Shown in pieces: positions 1-11,825 of a stretch of 64,000 bases of DNA. Numbering within the stretch: the stretch's first letter is position 1; the number at the start of each line of letters is the position of its first letter. The notes under the pieces are model-generated. The model worked only from the letters and a program-made list of their open reading frames with translations. It was not told the origin of the DNA and ran no database searches. This stretch comes from Psammoneis japonica (Eukaryota), in the NCBI GenBank assembly GCA_008632985.1, contig QPGO01000012.1, forward strand, positions 372,001-436,000, written 5' to 3'. A program made the position numbers and the translations under genes.

Positions 1-12
1 CCATTTGCCATG

Positions 13-461
13 TGCAACACACAGCTGCCAATGAGAGTCAATGCATCACGGCGACGTGTTGCAGCCTTTAAATGTCACAACGGGCATGACAAAAACAACC
101 TTTTGTCTGCATGCATGCTGCACCATGAATTCACAGCGGAGTGGTTCATCGCAACCATTTGGGCAGGAGGCCAGGGGTTCGAAACCCTGAGTGGGAGTTG
201 TCTGCAGCAACGTTGATCACTGTCGAACGCGCAAAACTCTGTGCAGTTCTGTGTGTTCCTTCGCACGCACCCACACTGTTCCACCAAAACCGTGCAGTGT
301 CAGCGCACGTCAGCAAAGAGCCGCATGGACGCGTGACACATGGGGAGGAGTGCAACACACAGCTGCCAATGAGAGTCAATGCATCACGGCGACGTGTTGC
401 AGCCTTTAAATGTCACAATGGGCGTGACAAAAATGACCTTTTGTCTGCATGCATGCTGCAC
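13..461 (+). repeat. Direct repeat of about 110 bp (13-123 and 350-461)
   Basis: TGCAACACACAGCTGCCAATGAGAGTCAATGCATCACGGCGACGTGTTGCAGCCTTTAAATGTCACAA... occurs twice, 338 bp apart, at the point where the helicase similarity breaks off. Confidence 0.85.
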
Positions 462-3400
462 ATGTTCTCATTGTGCGGGATCATGACTCTGCATCCTTTG
501 CGTGTGCACAAAACTGGGTCAAGCCTTCCAGACTGCACGTCAACATCGCTCTCTCCACAATTCTTCCAGAATGTTTTGCACACAGGGAAAGGTCCATGCT
601 GTCTGGCTCCATCACACACTTGTGAATTGTTGCTGAAAATGGCCAAAGAGTCCAAGACTTCTCCATCTCTTTGGTGCAATTTCCTGGCTCTTTCTTCAAA
701 CAAGGCTGAGTCAACAGAGTCTCTGTCTTTGTTCCTGTGTGTTGCACATTTGATGTTCTCTGGGAGCTCTTGACCATTTTTCACTGCTCTTTTGTTTTTT
801 TTTCCAATGTCTTTGAGTGCCGCCTTGCCATCCCTGAATCGTTTCAGCAACTCACCCCACTCTGGATCATTGCTGAATCTGTGCATCCCATGTGGCTCGA
901 TGCAACAGTTCACCCATTCCTGGAATTTGGCACAGGGTTCTTTGCAAGAGGGTTCATGCCATGTCCCACTGGCTTGAGTTGTCTCAGATCACCTGCAAAC
1001 ACTGCATTCATGCCCCCGCAAGGTCTCCCCAAATTTGATTTTAAAACAGATGGATTAGCGTGCAACTTTTCCAAGTCTCTTTTGCAAGCAGTGACATTTT
1101 GTTGACAATCAACAAATGGGTGTCACTCCAGCTTTCCATTTGTGTTTCTGTCATTTCTTTTTTCCTGTTTGAACAAGCCACTCTGTGAGTGGTGTGCCTC
1201 CTTTTAGAGCAGTTGCTGCTGCTCCAGTCATGGCAGCAACAGCCATTGTGTGCATTGTGAATGGTTGTTTGATTGGAGAGCAATGTTTGCTTGCACGCAA
1301 AACAACAAGATCAATGACAGTCAATTTCCCACTTCATCCTGCTCCATGCAAAAAACAGACATTGATTGTGTGGTCCGTCATGCACGTGCTTCAACCAACT
1401 TCGTCAATCTCCTGTGTTCTTTGTCAAACTCATGCATGCCTGATTCCTCCTCTGGCATTTCCGCTGGCTTGTTCTCCCAGAGCATCTTTGCAGCATGTCA
1501 AAACGAATGTTCCCACAACAACTTCAAATGCACGTCTTTGGTGTGGGTCCAGCTTGGCTTTTCTTGACCAATTGATCATGCTTTTGATGGAGCCATTCAC
1601 TTCATGGACATCAACCATTTCTTCTGAATTGGTTGTGTCTTGGAAGGATTGTCAAATGCGCTGAGTCTTGGCCACATCTGATTGTTGCTGCTTTCGCCAT
1701 TTTCTTTGTCAACCTCATCCTGTGGCGGTTCCATCATTTCCACAACAGGTTCCAAATTGATGACAGTGTCTCCACAAGCAGCAGCAATGTTCATGTGTGC
1801 CAAGTGTTGACATCCTGCAAGATGACTTCCTTTTTGCCTGGTGTGTTTGCCGCTTGAGTGTGACAGGACGGTTGCTTTGTCATTCATGTCTGACCCACCC
1901 TCGTGTTTGCATTCCACCAATTCTTCCAGGAGAGCATCAAGCAGCTGTCCTTGCGGAGCTGTCTTGGTTTCATCTTCACTGTCGTTTGCCCTTGTTTGAT
2001 TGAACTTGTTTTCAGCCGTCTTGTGCTCACGTGTTGTGCATTTGAGGTGATCTGAGGTGTTCTTTGAACAAAGACAATTGGACTTTGCATCTTGCAGATT
2101 CTGTGGGAATTTCAAATTTTGTTCAGCAATGACATCCTCTTCCACCGCCTGACAGAATGATTGCAGGCAGGTTTGATTGAATGGCTGCACATCCGAAATG
2201 GTTTGACATGGTGTGAACAGAGCAAGAGCTGGCTTGCAATTTTTCTTGTGTGGATGGTGCAGCAACGTCCATTGAAGAACTGCCAGATGGCAAGGTCAAC
2301 AGTGCAATCATGATCGAAGGTCTGCATGATGGACAATCGAGTGTGGTCGTTGCTGCGCACCAATGCAGTTGTGCACATCTGTCCAGTTGATGCCGACAGA
2401 GTTCTCACACCATTGCACCTCAAATCTCTGTCACCAGAGTGCAGCCTGTCTCTTGCTGTGTTTGTGTTTTCAAACCATGCCTGCGTGTGGCTGTGTGCTG
2501 ACAGTCTGCCTTGTTCTTCCATTGCAGCTGCAAAGGCAGAGGGTCTTCCCATGTGGAACTCGAAATCCTCTCTTGGTGAATTGCTTTTTAAGTCCCATGA
2601 TCCCATTGTTTCTTCTGTGATGATTTTCAACAACATCTTGAACACAAAAGCTGTGATGCCTGGGTGCTCCACACAAAGTTTGTTTCTTGCCCTGGCCTTT
2701 TCAGACAATTCATCGTCTGACATCAATGTTGCATCTTCGCCCTTGTCGACAAGCAAGTTCACATGAATTTGAGCTGGAAAAGAATTTGCATCATCTGGGC
2801 TTGTCATCAAAAACACTCCAGGTTGCCCAAAGTGATGTTGACAGGTTTCAGCATTTCTTCTCATTTTCTTTGCTGCTTCATTGGTGTGCAGAACAGATGC
2901 TGACATCACATCCAATGCATTCAAGAAATGGTGCCCCAGTCATGATTCCTGCATTCACCAGTTTGTCTGTCATGTGTGGCTTGGTCAACATCATCTGATG
3001 TCAGCTCATTTGAGGGTTGTCTTGCTTGATCCTTGTCTCTTGCTTTCCATCCAGCACTTTGCACCATTTGTTGCTTCACTGTCAGATTGCACAGGGTCAA
3101 CACAAAAAGTTGTTTGTGGAGGTGGGGCTGAGAAATGCAAGCCAAATGATCCATGCAATGTGCTAAATTTGTGAGGTCGGCGAGACTGCTGTCTTCTTTC
3201 ATTCTGGTTTCATTGACACCACCACATCCATGAGGGCATTGCAGCAAGCATGCGTCAACAAGGTTGCCATCCTTGAAGTCACCAGCAAATTCTTTCATGA
3301 GGTCGGCCTTGAATTTGATGTCAAAACGCTTGCAGCTGCACTGTGCACCAAGTCTTTAAAGCTGTCTAAATTGCACTGGCCTCCTGTTGTTGAAGAGACT

Positions 3401-4517
3401 GCTCCATTGAGGAAACAGACGCTGTGTGACTCTGATGTTTCAATGTTTGCATTTTCACTTTCTTCTAGACTGCTGTCACTCACTGGGATTGGATTTTGCA
3501 AATTTCCAACCTCCTCTAGATCAATGTCTTGACACATCCAATCCTTGTGGTGGCAGACAAGCCACTCCAATGCTTGCATTGCATGGTGCATCCTGATTTT
3601 GTTCTTTTGTCTGGCCATTCTCCTTTGCTCTGGTGTCATTTTTCCAGGTGTTGGTGCAACGATGTTCTGGCGAAGGTTTAGAGCGTCAAAGTGCATGATG
3701 GTGCAAGCGATGCTCTTGATTTTTATCTTGTGATGGGCAAGGCCACCTTGCAGTTTCTTCTGTTTGCCACTGACAACATCAAAGCAGCAGCCATGTGTTT
3801 TCACGGGTGTCAACAGAGCCAGCTCCACTTTGGCAAGGCACAACAATTCAGGTGGTGGTGCTCCGAAACAGCAGTTGTTTGCTGTCACACATGCAGGCAT
3901 GGAATCAATGTGGAGACTTCTTTTGCAAGGTTTGCAACATGTGAATCCTTGGACCTTCTGTTGTCATCCGGCACAATGCATCGGGCTCTTGGCAAAAGTG
4001 ACAAGTTTGAAATCCATGGGCAGTCTCACGGAATGCCATCATCATTGAATCAACAACAATCATGAAGGTCTTCCAACACTTGGCTCCATTCTGATGGAGT
4101 CAGTGGGTGCCTGGCTTGATTCAGTCTGTTGATGGAAAGCCGAGTCACAGAGGATGGTTTTAACAGTCTGTCACACACCAAACAAACCCAAGGGATGCAC
4201 TCATTCCCATTCCTGCAATGGAGCTTTTCGAAGTGTCTGTTTGTCACGTCTTGGTGCCTGGAATTGACATGCTGACATTGCAAGACGTTCTTCAATGCAT
4301 TCAGGATTGCAGCACTGGCATTGTCGCACCCGCAGGTGTCGATGTTTGTCCCTTGGCTGTGGTGCTGAATGAACTGGATTTGAAGTCTCTTTGGCAAAGA
4401 TTGCAAATTTTGGCATAATTTCCTGCCACATGCTCCATGCGTGCAACTTCGTGCCCTCAGTGCCACACATTGAAATGGATTTGAAGTCTCCTCGGCAAAG
4501 ATTCTAAATTTTGGCAT
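440..4517 (-). mobile_element. Helitron RepHel (HUH Rep + PIF1 helicase) pseudogene, fragmented, probably with an internal deletion
   Basis: Minus-strand motifs in the expected order: VCLVCDRLL; PACVTANNCCFGAPPPELLCLAKVE (DUF6570-like); CPHGCGG (FPYGxGG-like); FGQPGVFLMTSPDD (Rep motif 1); EEQGRLSAHSH (HUH motif 2); ALALFTPC; AMTGAAATALKGG (PIF1 Ia); LLIVNKMS (DExS); CGGMNAVFAGDLRQLKPVG (PIF1 III); GMHRFSNDPEWGELLKRFRDG; GCRVMI..N. Rep motif 3 (YxxKY) not found; a jump occurs near 2290. Confidence 0.9.
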
Positions 4518-4560
4518 AATTTCCTGCCATGTGCTGCATGCGCACAGCTTTGCACCCTTG
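4372..4560 (+). repeat. Tandem duplication, about 101-bp period, at the 5' end of RepHel
   Basis: TGGATTTGAAGTCTC...GGCAAAGATT...AAATTTTGGCATAATTTCCTGCCA occurs twice. Confidence 0.85.
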
Positions 4561-4816
4561 GCACAGGACGTTCTTCGTGGGGATCATTTTCCTGCATGGG
4601 ATTGCAGTGTCTTTTTACGTGTTTTCAGTGATGTGTTTTGCCGTTGCCAATTTGATGGTGCTTGTCCGCGATCTGCATTTTGTGCCTTTCCTCATCTGCT
4701 CACAATTTCTGCTGGGATGGGGAAAGACAGTCCAAGTGAGTCATCCCCTTCATTTCACTTTTCTGCTTGTGTGCCATTCTTGCTCAACTGGTCTTTTATT
4801 TTTCCACAAGCATGGC

Positions 4817-6315
4817 ATGGCATGCAGAGCCAGGGGCTCCTCCAAGAAATCGGACAAGCAGGCTGCCAAGAAGCCGCAGTCACCTGTCAAGTTTTCTGCT
4901 TCTCTCATGAAGAAGATTGCTCCCACTGAGTCTAACGGTTTGTCTGATGAGGATCTGAAGGCGGAAGATCTTCTTGCAAAAGCAGGAATCAGGGTTGCCA
5001 AACCCACCGGAGCACTGCTGGATGTGACAGCAGCACCAAGGGCGCCAATTTCTGCATTTCCAAGATGTTCAACGGCAACAAACAGGGTCTTGTTTTCCAT
5101 TTGGAACCCAGGGGTTTGGTCAGCCCCTCTGGTGTGTGGGCCAAGATGGTCCTTTTTGATGCCATGCATGCCAACAAGGCTTGGGTTGTCAGTTTGGGGT
5201 TGTTCCTCACACCAAACAGTGGCACCACAACAACAAACCCATGAAGAATGGAAGGAACTGTTCCATCCGACTCTTTGTCATCTGCATCAAGGGACGTGTT
5301 CCAGTCCCGGTGACGCACAAAACGACAATCGGATTTTGAGTGTAATTTGTGTGTGTTTTAGTGTGTGCAGCATTTTAACAAAAATGCTCAGACGGATTGA
5401 CTGTTGCAGGCTTCTAGAGTGTGAACATTTAAACAGTTTTTTGAGGGGTGTTCAAATCATCATGGGACATGCATCACAAACTTCCTCAGTGGACTCAACA
5501 CTGATTGTACGTCAGTGGATTTATGCTGAGATTTTTTCGCAGGTGGAAAACCTGCCAAGCAGCATTGTAGAAAGATGTGTTTGGGTGACATCCAAACAAC
5601 GGCAATGTTTTCGCCGAAAATCATCCGTTGTGTTACGAATCTTTTAACGCAATGAAAAACATAGATGGCACAATGACAATGACATTGCAACACTCACACG
5701 AGTCTTGTCAGTGTTGCAAAACATTTGTGTTTGCACAAATCTGTGCTTTTGGTGGTGAAAGTTCGATCGTAAGTCAGGGACCGCGCAAAAATCGCGCAAA
5801 TGTCGTTTTTGTGCACGATTTGGTTCACGTGCGGCTGGAACACGTCAAGGAGCCCCCCTCTGATGAAAACATCAAAAGGCTTTGCAACTGCTTCGATGCT
5901 AAGCTCAACAACAAGCCCGACAACAACACTGCCACTCATGTCAAAGACGACTGCGTCTGGATCAAGGATGGTGTTTGGGCAGATGTCATCAGAAACGATG
6001 CGGCTTGAATGAGCTTTGTAAAGAGGGTGGCGACTTTCACTTGGGATGGTGCAAGCAGCACAAGAACTTGCTGCACAGCTGCCTTCATGCTGGCACATTG
6101 CCAATGGATTCTGCCGTGTGATTGGAGCCCCAGTTGAAGAGGTGGCTGAAGACAATGATGCCCATGTGGGGGACCAGGACAAGGAGCAGGATGAGCAGTT
6201 GTCCGACGGTGACAATGGCGATGACTTGCTTCTTTGTGATTCAGATGACAAGCAAGTGTGCTTCTGTGTGGAGAAGTTGGCAGTGTTTGAGATGTGGTGC
6301 TGTGCTTGGTCCTGA
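4817..6315 (+). pseudogene. Hypothetical gene, interrupted by a MITE and hypermutated
   Basis: Protein-like segments MACRARGSSKKSDKQAAKK... and RLFVICI|KEPPSDENIKRL... rejoin in frame when the MITE and one TSD are removed. Acidic C-terminal part. Confidence 0.55.
5293..5846. mobile_element. MITE copy A (554 bp), 12-bp TIR GACGTGTTCCAG, 4-bp TSD AAGG
   Basis: AAGG|GACGTGTTCCAG ... CTGGAACACGTC|AAGG. Homologous, in inverted orientation, to the copies at 48080-49211. Confidence 0.92.
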
Positions 6316-6800
6316 AACAGTGCAAATGTTTAGTTGAATTTACCCCGCATGAGTGAGAGTTGCCAATTCCACACCACGGACTTCCACACCAAATCTGCAC
6401 TGCATCTGTCATCCATCAGGTTCTTGAATTTTCCTGACCCCTCCTCCCCACCCCAAACTCCCCACAGCCAGACGCTTGGTCAGTGCATTGTGTGCTCAGA
6501 TTTGTGAGGTCCTGAAGATTGCAAACGATGTTGTCATTGCCTGGCATTTTCAGAATTGCATGAAAGCACAAATTGCATCATGCATGTGAGATGCACCCGT
6601 GCTTGTGTGCCACAACACAGTGTTGTCAAGCCCATCATTAGAAAAATTTTCTAAATTTTGGAAAATGTTTCCACCATGTTGTTCAGTGCTGCCACCGGCA
6701 CTGCATGTGCTCTGCCAACTAGAGTGAGAGAGCAGCAGAGAGCAGCATGTTGACAAACACTTTCTTGGAATTTTTTCCTAATTTTAGAACACATTCCCAA

Positions 6801-8130
6801 TCATGAGAACAGCCAATGGCAACTGTGCCACTTCTTCCGGAGACTCTTTGTAGCAGGTTTCTTGGCAGGCTTGAGCACCCTCTTCTGTTTCCTCTGGCTT
6901 GCTGCAACGATCTTGGCAGGCTTGGGCCAACCCTTCCATTTCTTCTGACTCTGCACAACCAACTTGGAATCAGCATCCTCATCTTCTTGATGCTTGCACA
7001 GAAGTTCTTCACCAGGACAGATGCGCTTCTTTGCAACAAGTGCACCATCGTCATTGAACTGACAATTGTCAGCATTGGCTTCTGTCTTGGTCATCTCACT
7101 GGGCTCTTCAAATGATTCCTCCACATCATTCACACAATGCATGCCCATGTGCAGTGACTCAGTGTTCTCGGCATCATCCAGCTCCGTGGGTTTTGGAGCT
7201 GCCATCACACAGTGCCCTGAAGGTTCGCGCAGGGTCATGTGACAGACACTGTGATCAACACCACAACAATCATCGTGGTTGCAATGGGTGTGAGGAGTTG
7301 GGGGTTCCTGGACACTTCCGTTCCAACGCACACCCCAATGACCTCTTGTTTCTGGAAAAAGGATGCAGCGAACATGCCAAGTCTGGCACCCTTCCTTTGA
7401 GAAAGACCGATTTCGAAGTGATCCCTCCAGGGATTCTGGTTGTGAACAGTTAGAAAAACATTGATGAGTGGAATGTCATGGTGAACATGCACTCACCTGC
7501 TGTTTGATGCACATCTGAAGTTGGGGCCTCCGCTGTTTGTCAAACACCTCCCAAAGATTTCCAAATGTTGGACATTTTGGCAAAACTCCAGCGGGTGCAG
7601 ACCAGCACCAACGGCGCGGCTTGCCTTCGGATTTTTCTACAAATTTTAAATTGCTGCACTTCAATCCAATCTGTCTGATGCTGTTGCACCACACACCTTT
7701 GCCAATGATGGGATTGGGATGGTTTTGTGATTTGCCACTCATGAAGTTGATGAGTGCATTTGCGTCGACTTGGTGAGACTGCCATTCTGCCATGCCCTCA
7801 GGCAAAGCCTCCACCTTGCCCCCCTCCTCTGACTTCTCCTCAGCCTCCACCTTGCCCTCCTCCACTGGCTCCTCCTCTGCTGCCGTGTCAGTTGCAGTGG
7901 ATGTCTCGTTTGGCAGCAGTTTAAACTTCGGATCCACAAAAAATGTGGTGCCATCAATGTTTGTGGATTCGCAATGGCACTCACTTGCTGTGTCCACTCC
8001 TCCGCACATTTCAAACTGGTCATGATGAACACATGGAGGGAGAGGAAAATTGTGGGTGGCACAGGCACATCTCCTGCTTTGTTTGTTGTGGCAGACATCG
8101 GCGCTGCCTCTGAGGTTGTGCTTGTCTCCG
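6801..8130 (-). pseudogene. SET-domain-like protein remnant with an intron
   Basis: FEIGLSQRKGARLGMFAASFFQKQEVIGVCVG resembles the SET N-terminal GxGLFA...IgxYxG; ESLHMGMHCVND resembles lyMGxHyxND. Minus-strand intron signals GTGAGT (about 7496) and CTAAC...CAG (about 7455-7435). Frameshifted. Confidence 0.55.
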
Positions 8131-9879
8131 TCTGCAAATCAAGGTGTGCAAGTGTTTTGACAATGGTGTGTTTGGCACCATCCTCCACCACCATGTTGGT
8201 TTTAGGAGTCAATGAAGCAACCCCCTTCATTGTGATGAGAGAACAATTGCAGTCAACAATGCCTGGTGCTGCAGTTGAGAAAGCAGCTGACAGATGATGC
8301 TGTGTAGAGCAGAGAACCGCAAAGCACAACGGAAAGGCGTGTGTTGCAAACACGAGCACACAGTTGAGTGCACCTGCTTGCAGCCACATGCATCGCATGA
8401 CAACAACAATGACCGGGACATGCAGTTGCTGATGTCACAAGTTCCAGTCATGAAAACCATGGCTGGATGTGAGGAACTGCTGGACAGCCAATGTGTTGCA
8501 TCATCGGAGAAAATGAACAGCAGAACACCAAATTCCTTGTGCATGAAAAGGGGGGCAAGACACTGAGGGTTTGTTCTGATGTCAGTGTTTGAGAGAGAGA
8601 GGTGATCATTGAAACACATTCCACCAAATTGTCCAACAGTTTTTTTCCCACAAAATGGAGGTGATCACAGCTTGGGCAGCAATTTCAATGACATGCTCAT
8701 GCCTTTTTTTCAACACTGCTGCCCTTTGCTCTTCCAAAACTCCAAAGAGAGAAAAAGCCATTGACTTGGAGATCCCAAACCATGAATGCCGCAGCCAATG
8801 GAGTGAGCTGCAAGACCCTGATGGAGCAACTCCATGCCCCATGAATGACGCCATTCCATTGCAACTCGGCAATTTCAATTTTCAAATGAGCGCATGTGTG
8901 ATTGTCATTTTTGTTGTCCAACCAACTGCGTGCTTTGACTGTGTCATCACAGTCTGATCTGCAAAACAATGCAGATGGCCTTTGGTGAGAGACATGGAAG
9001 TGGACACATTCAGTTCATGCAGCAGCCTCAAAACAATGGTTGCCAAAAGAGAATCCTCTCACAATCATTCTTCACATGCTGCTCTTGGTTCATTGTTGAC
9101 ACTGCTGTGATCAATGCAACAACAATGTGCCGCCAATTCATGTTGCAGTGCCAACAATGATGAATGTGTGATGCAAGATGTGTGAGGAGGAGTGCAGCAG
9201 TCTTGAGCATTGTTGTCTTCTGCGTTGTGCAAAGCCTGCATCCTGCATGTGAAAACTGCAGAAAGATCACCACGCAGACTCTGGTGCAAACTCCATTTTC
9301 GCGAGGTTGTCGCACAAAAATGGGTCAGTGCACAGGGGAAAAATCCGTGACCTCCCCCCCCCAATCTGAGTTGCCCAAAGCACAACTTTTGACCACACGT
9401 TTGCGCAGAACACAGAATTGCAAAAAGTTGAAAAACCACACAAACATGCAGGATTCTGCGCAAATCTGGCTGGCACAAAACGAATGCAAAGCTGCCCTCT
9501 TCCATCAGAGTGCATGAAATGTTAAAAATGTGTAGATTCACATGATGACAATTCATTAAAACATTGCAAAACATTGTTGTCACATGATGACAGGCCAACC
9601 TCTGGTCACAAGTTTGGTGTGCCAACATTGCAACAACTTGTTGAGAATCATGCATGCTGTTTTTCACTGTGTCCACATCGCCATTTCTGCCTCCACCTTG
9701 TTGCCATGTGCCAATGCGCGATTGCATTGCCACACAAACCTTGGTTTGTCAATTTTCGCAAACATTGTTTTAAACGAGAAAAACATTTCATCGGCTGAGT
9801 CAATTCCTTGTTGCATCTGCAGTGCAATGACCGAGTGCCATGTTGGCTGTGCACACATTTTTTTGCTGCAACTCTCTTA

Positions 9880-11131
9880 AACTGAGCTGACAATCATCAT
9901 CGGACTCATCTTCATTGGACTCGTCTTCATCGGATTCGTCTCCTCCGTTGTTCGTTTTTCCTTTTGTGATTTCCTCCTGCTCGTCGTCATTGCCATTGTC
10001 GTCCCTGCTGCTCTCCACCATTGGGCTGTTCATTGCCTTCACCTTCTCCGCATCATTGGTCGGTGCTGTCTTCTTCTTCTTTTTTGCTTCTCCGGACTTC
10101 TTGCACTCGCCTTTCTTGATCTCCGCACGCCACTTTTCAAACTCCTTGCCCTCCTTGGAGTCTCTGTCTTTCATCACCTCTGTGCACAAATCGTTGAACC
10201 GAATGATTCCGTTGTCTCCCCAAGACTCTCATTGTTTCTTTGGCTTCATGTGCTGAGGGGCAGGCCTTGTTTCTTTGGGCTCCATTTCCTCACCCAATTC
10301 TTCCACCGCCTCCTCCTTGTTCCTGTGTGCCCACACCTGCCAACAATTCTCCACAGCTGATGGCGCCAAAGCTTTGTCACATGCCGCAAACAACTGTGAG
10401 ACCTGTGCATTCCCAGTTTTGACGGTGTGACTCCATGCCTGCTTTTGCTTGGTTTGAGGCAGGATGTGATCACAGAACCACTTGTGTGCCTGCTTGTTCC
10501 TTCGTTTGCCGCCGGCAACAGTGTCCAGGCTGGACGGATCCCATGTCGGCACAAACGGGATGTCATTCTCTTCATTCTTGTCATGGCTTGACTTTTTCCT
10601 GTTTTGCTTTTTCCTCCTGACTGCCGCCTTGTGTTTCTTTTCTTTTTCCTTTCCCTCTTCCTTGGTGACAATGCCCACATGGACAAAGCATCACCGTCAT
10701 CTTCTTGTGAGATGTGCACAACTCTTGAATCACACACATTGGTCACTTGGCTTGCGGGCCATTGTCTCCGCCCCAACAGCCAAACACACCGTGTTTCTGC
10801 GATTGTCAACCTGCCTTTTTACCGCCTTTTTTGCCCATTCCTCCCAAGTTCCTGACCAATTTGAAGTGTCCATGTTGCCACCAGCAATCTGTTTCTTGAC
10901 AAACATTGAGATGCTCCCATTGCTTGCCAATTCTGATGGGCTGAGAAACTTCACCTGTGGAAAGAGATCATTTCTGGCCACCTTCTCCACTTCAGATTTC
11001 AGTGCACCATGCGCTGCCTGCGTGCCTGTTCTCTTCAACACTGCCTGAAGTCTCGGGCTCATTGGCCCAACAGTCTCATTTTTCTTTCTCTTCTTTGCCG
11101 GTGGTGCTGGAGACGACATCTTGATCTTCAC
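9880..11131 (-). pseudogene. Transposon-associated hypothetical protein remnant
   Basis: Coherent charged protein segments: LFPQVKFLSPSEL, KWFCDHILP, CDKALAPSAVENCWQVW (DEAxxxxxxEN-W-like), and an acidic tail. Broken by frameshifts or introns. Confidence 0.5.
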
Positions 11132-11825
11132 ATGGCAACAATGAGAGCAGTGTCACTGTTCGACAGTGCAACCGTCGTCTGGGTCGTGTTGAGACAGCTC
11201 CATGACATTGCACAAATCATTGTCGGCAACGTTGAAATTTGAAAATGTGTTTGCACATGACAATGAACAGTCCAACTTGCTTTTTGACATGGCTGTCATT
11301 GCGTTCCAACGGAGACAATGTTCTTTGTTTTGACAGCAAATAAAAAAGAACAACATTCGTTGTAAATGCCAGATGAAAAATCAAAATGCAGACACGTCAC
11401 ACCTGTGTGAATCATCCAAATCTGGAAGACAATGTAATGTTTGCCATTTTCCCGCCATTTTTCGCGCGTTGTTCTTCTTTTCCCTTCTCATCCACAAGAC
11501 AAGGATGACGAGCATGAGTCTTGATGAAGGCCCTGTCAACATTGACCAGAGAACTGTGAGGCAACGGCGTCAGCATGCAGACTTGGTCAGTCGCTGGCAG
11601 CTTGATCACAAACAAAACAACTGGCTTTCAACACCTGAGAAGACTCAGTTCTCACCCAAGTCACGGGTTGTCCCTGTCAAAGCAATTGGGGACAATGTTT
11701 TGGTTTATGAACAATGTCCAGGAGCAGCAGAAGCACAAGAAAAGGCCCTGTTTGTTTGGGCCACACAGGACAGAAGGAAGTGTTGGTCAGATTTGTTTCT
11801 AAAATGGGGCACGCGTCTGGATCTG

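Noticed and set aside
4372..4560. Reciprocal TG/CA differences between tandem copies as proof of TA ancestry
   Set aside because: An ancestral CG gives the same TG/CA pair. Only sites where one copy still has TA, or where a conserved Tyr is known, were used as evidence.
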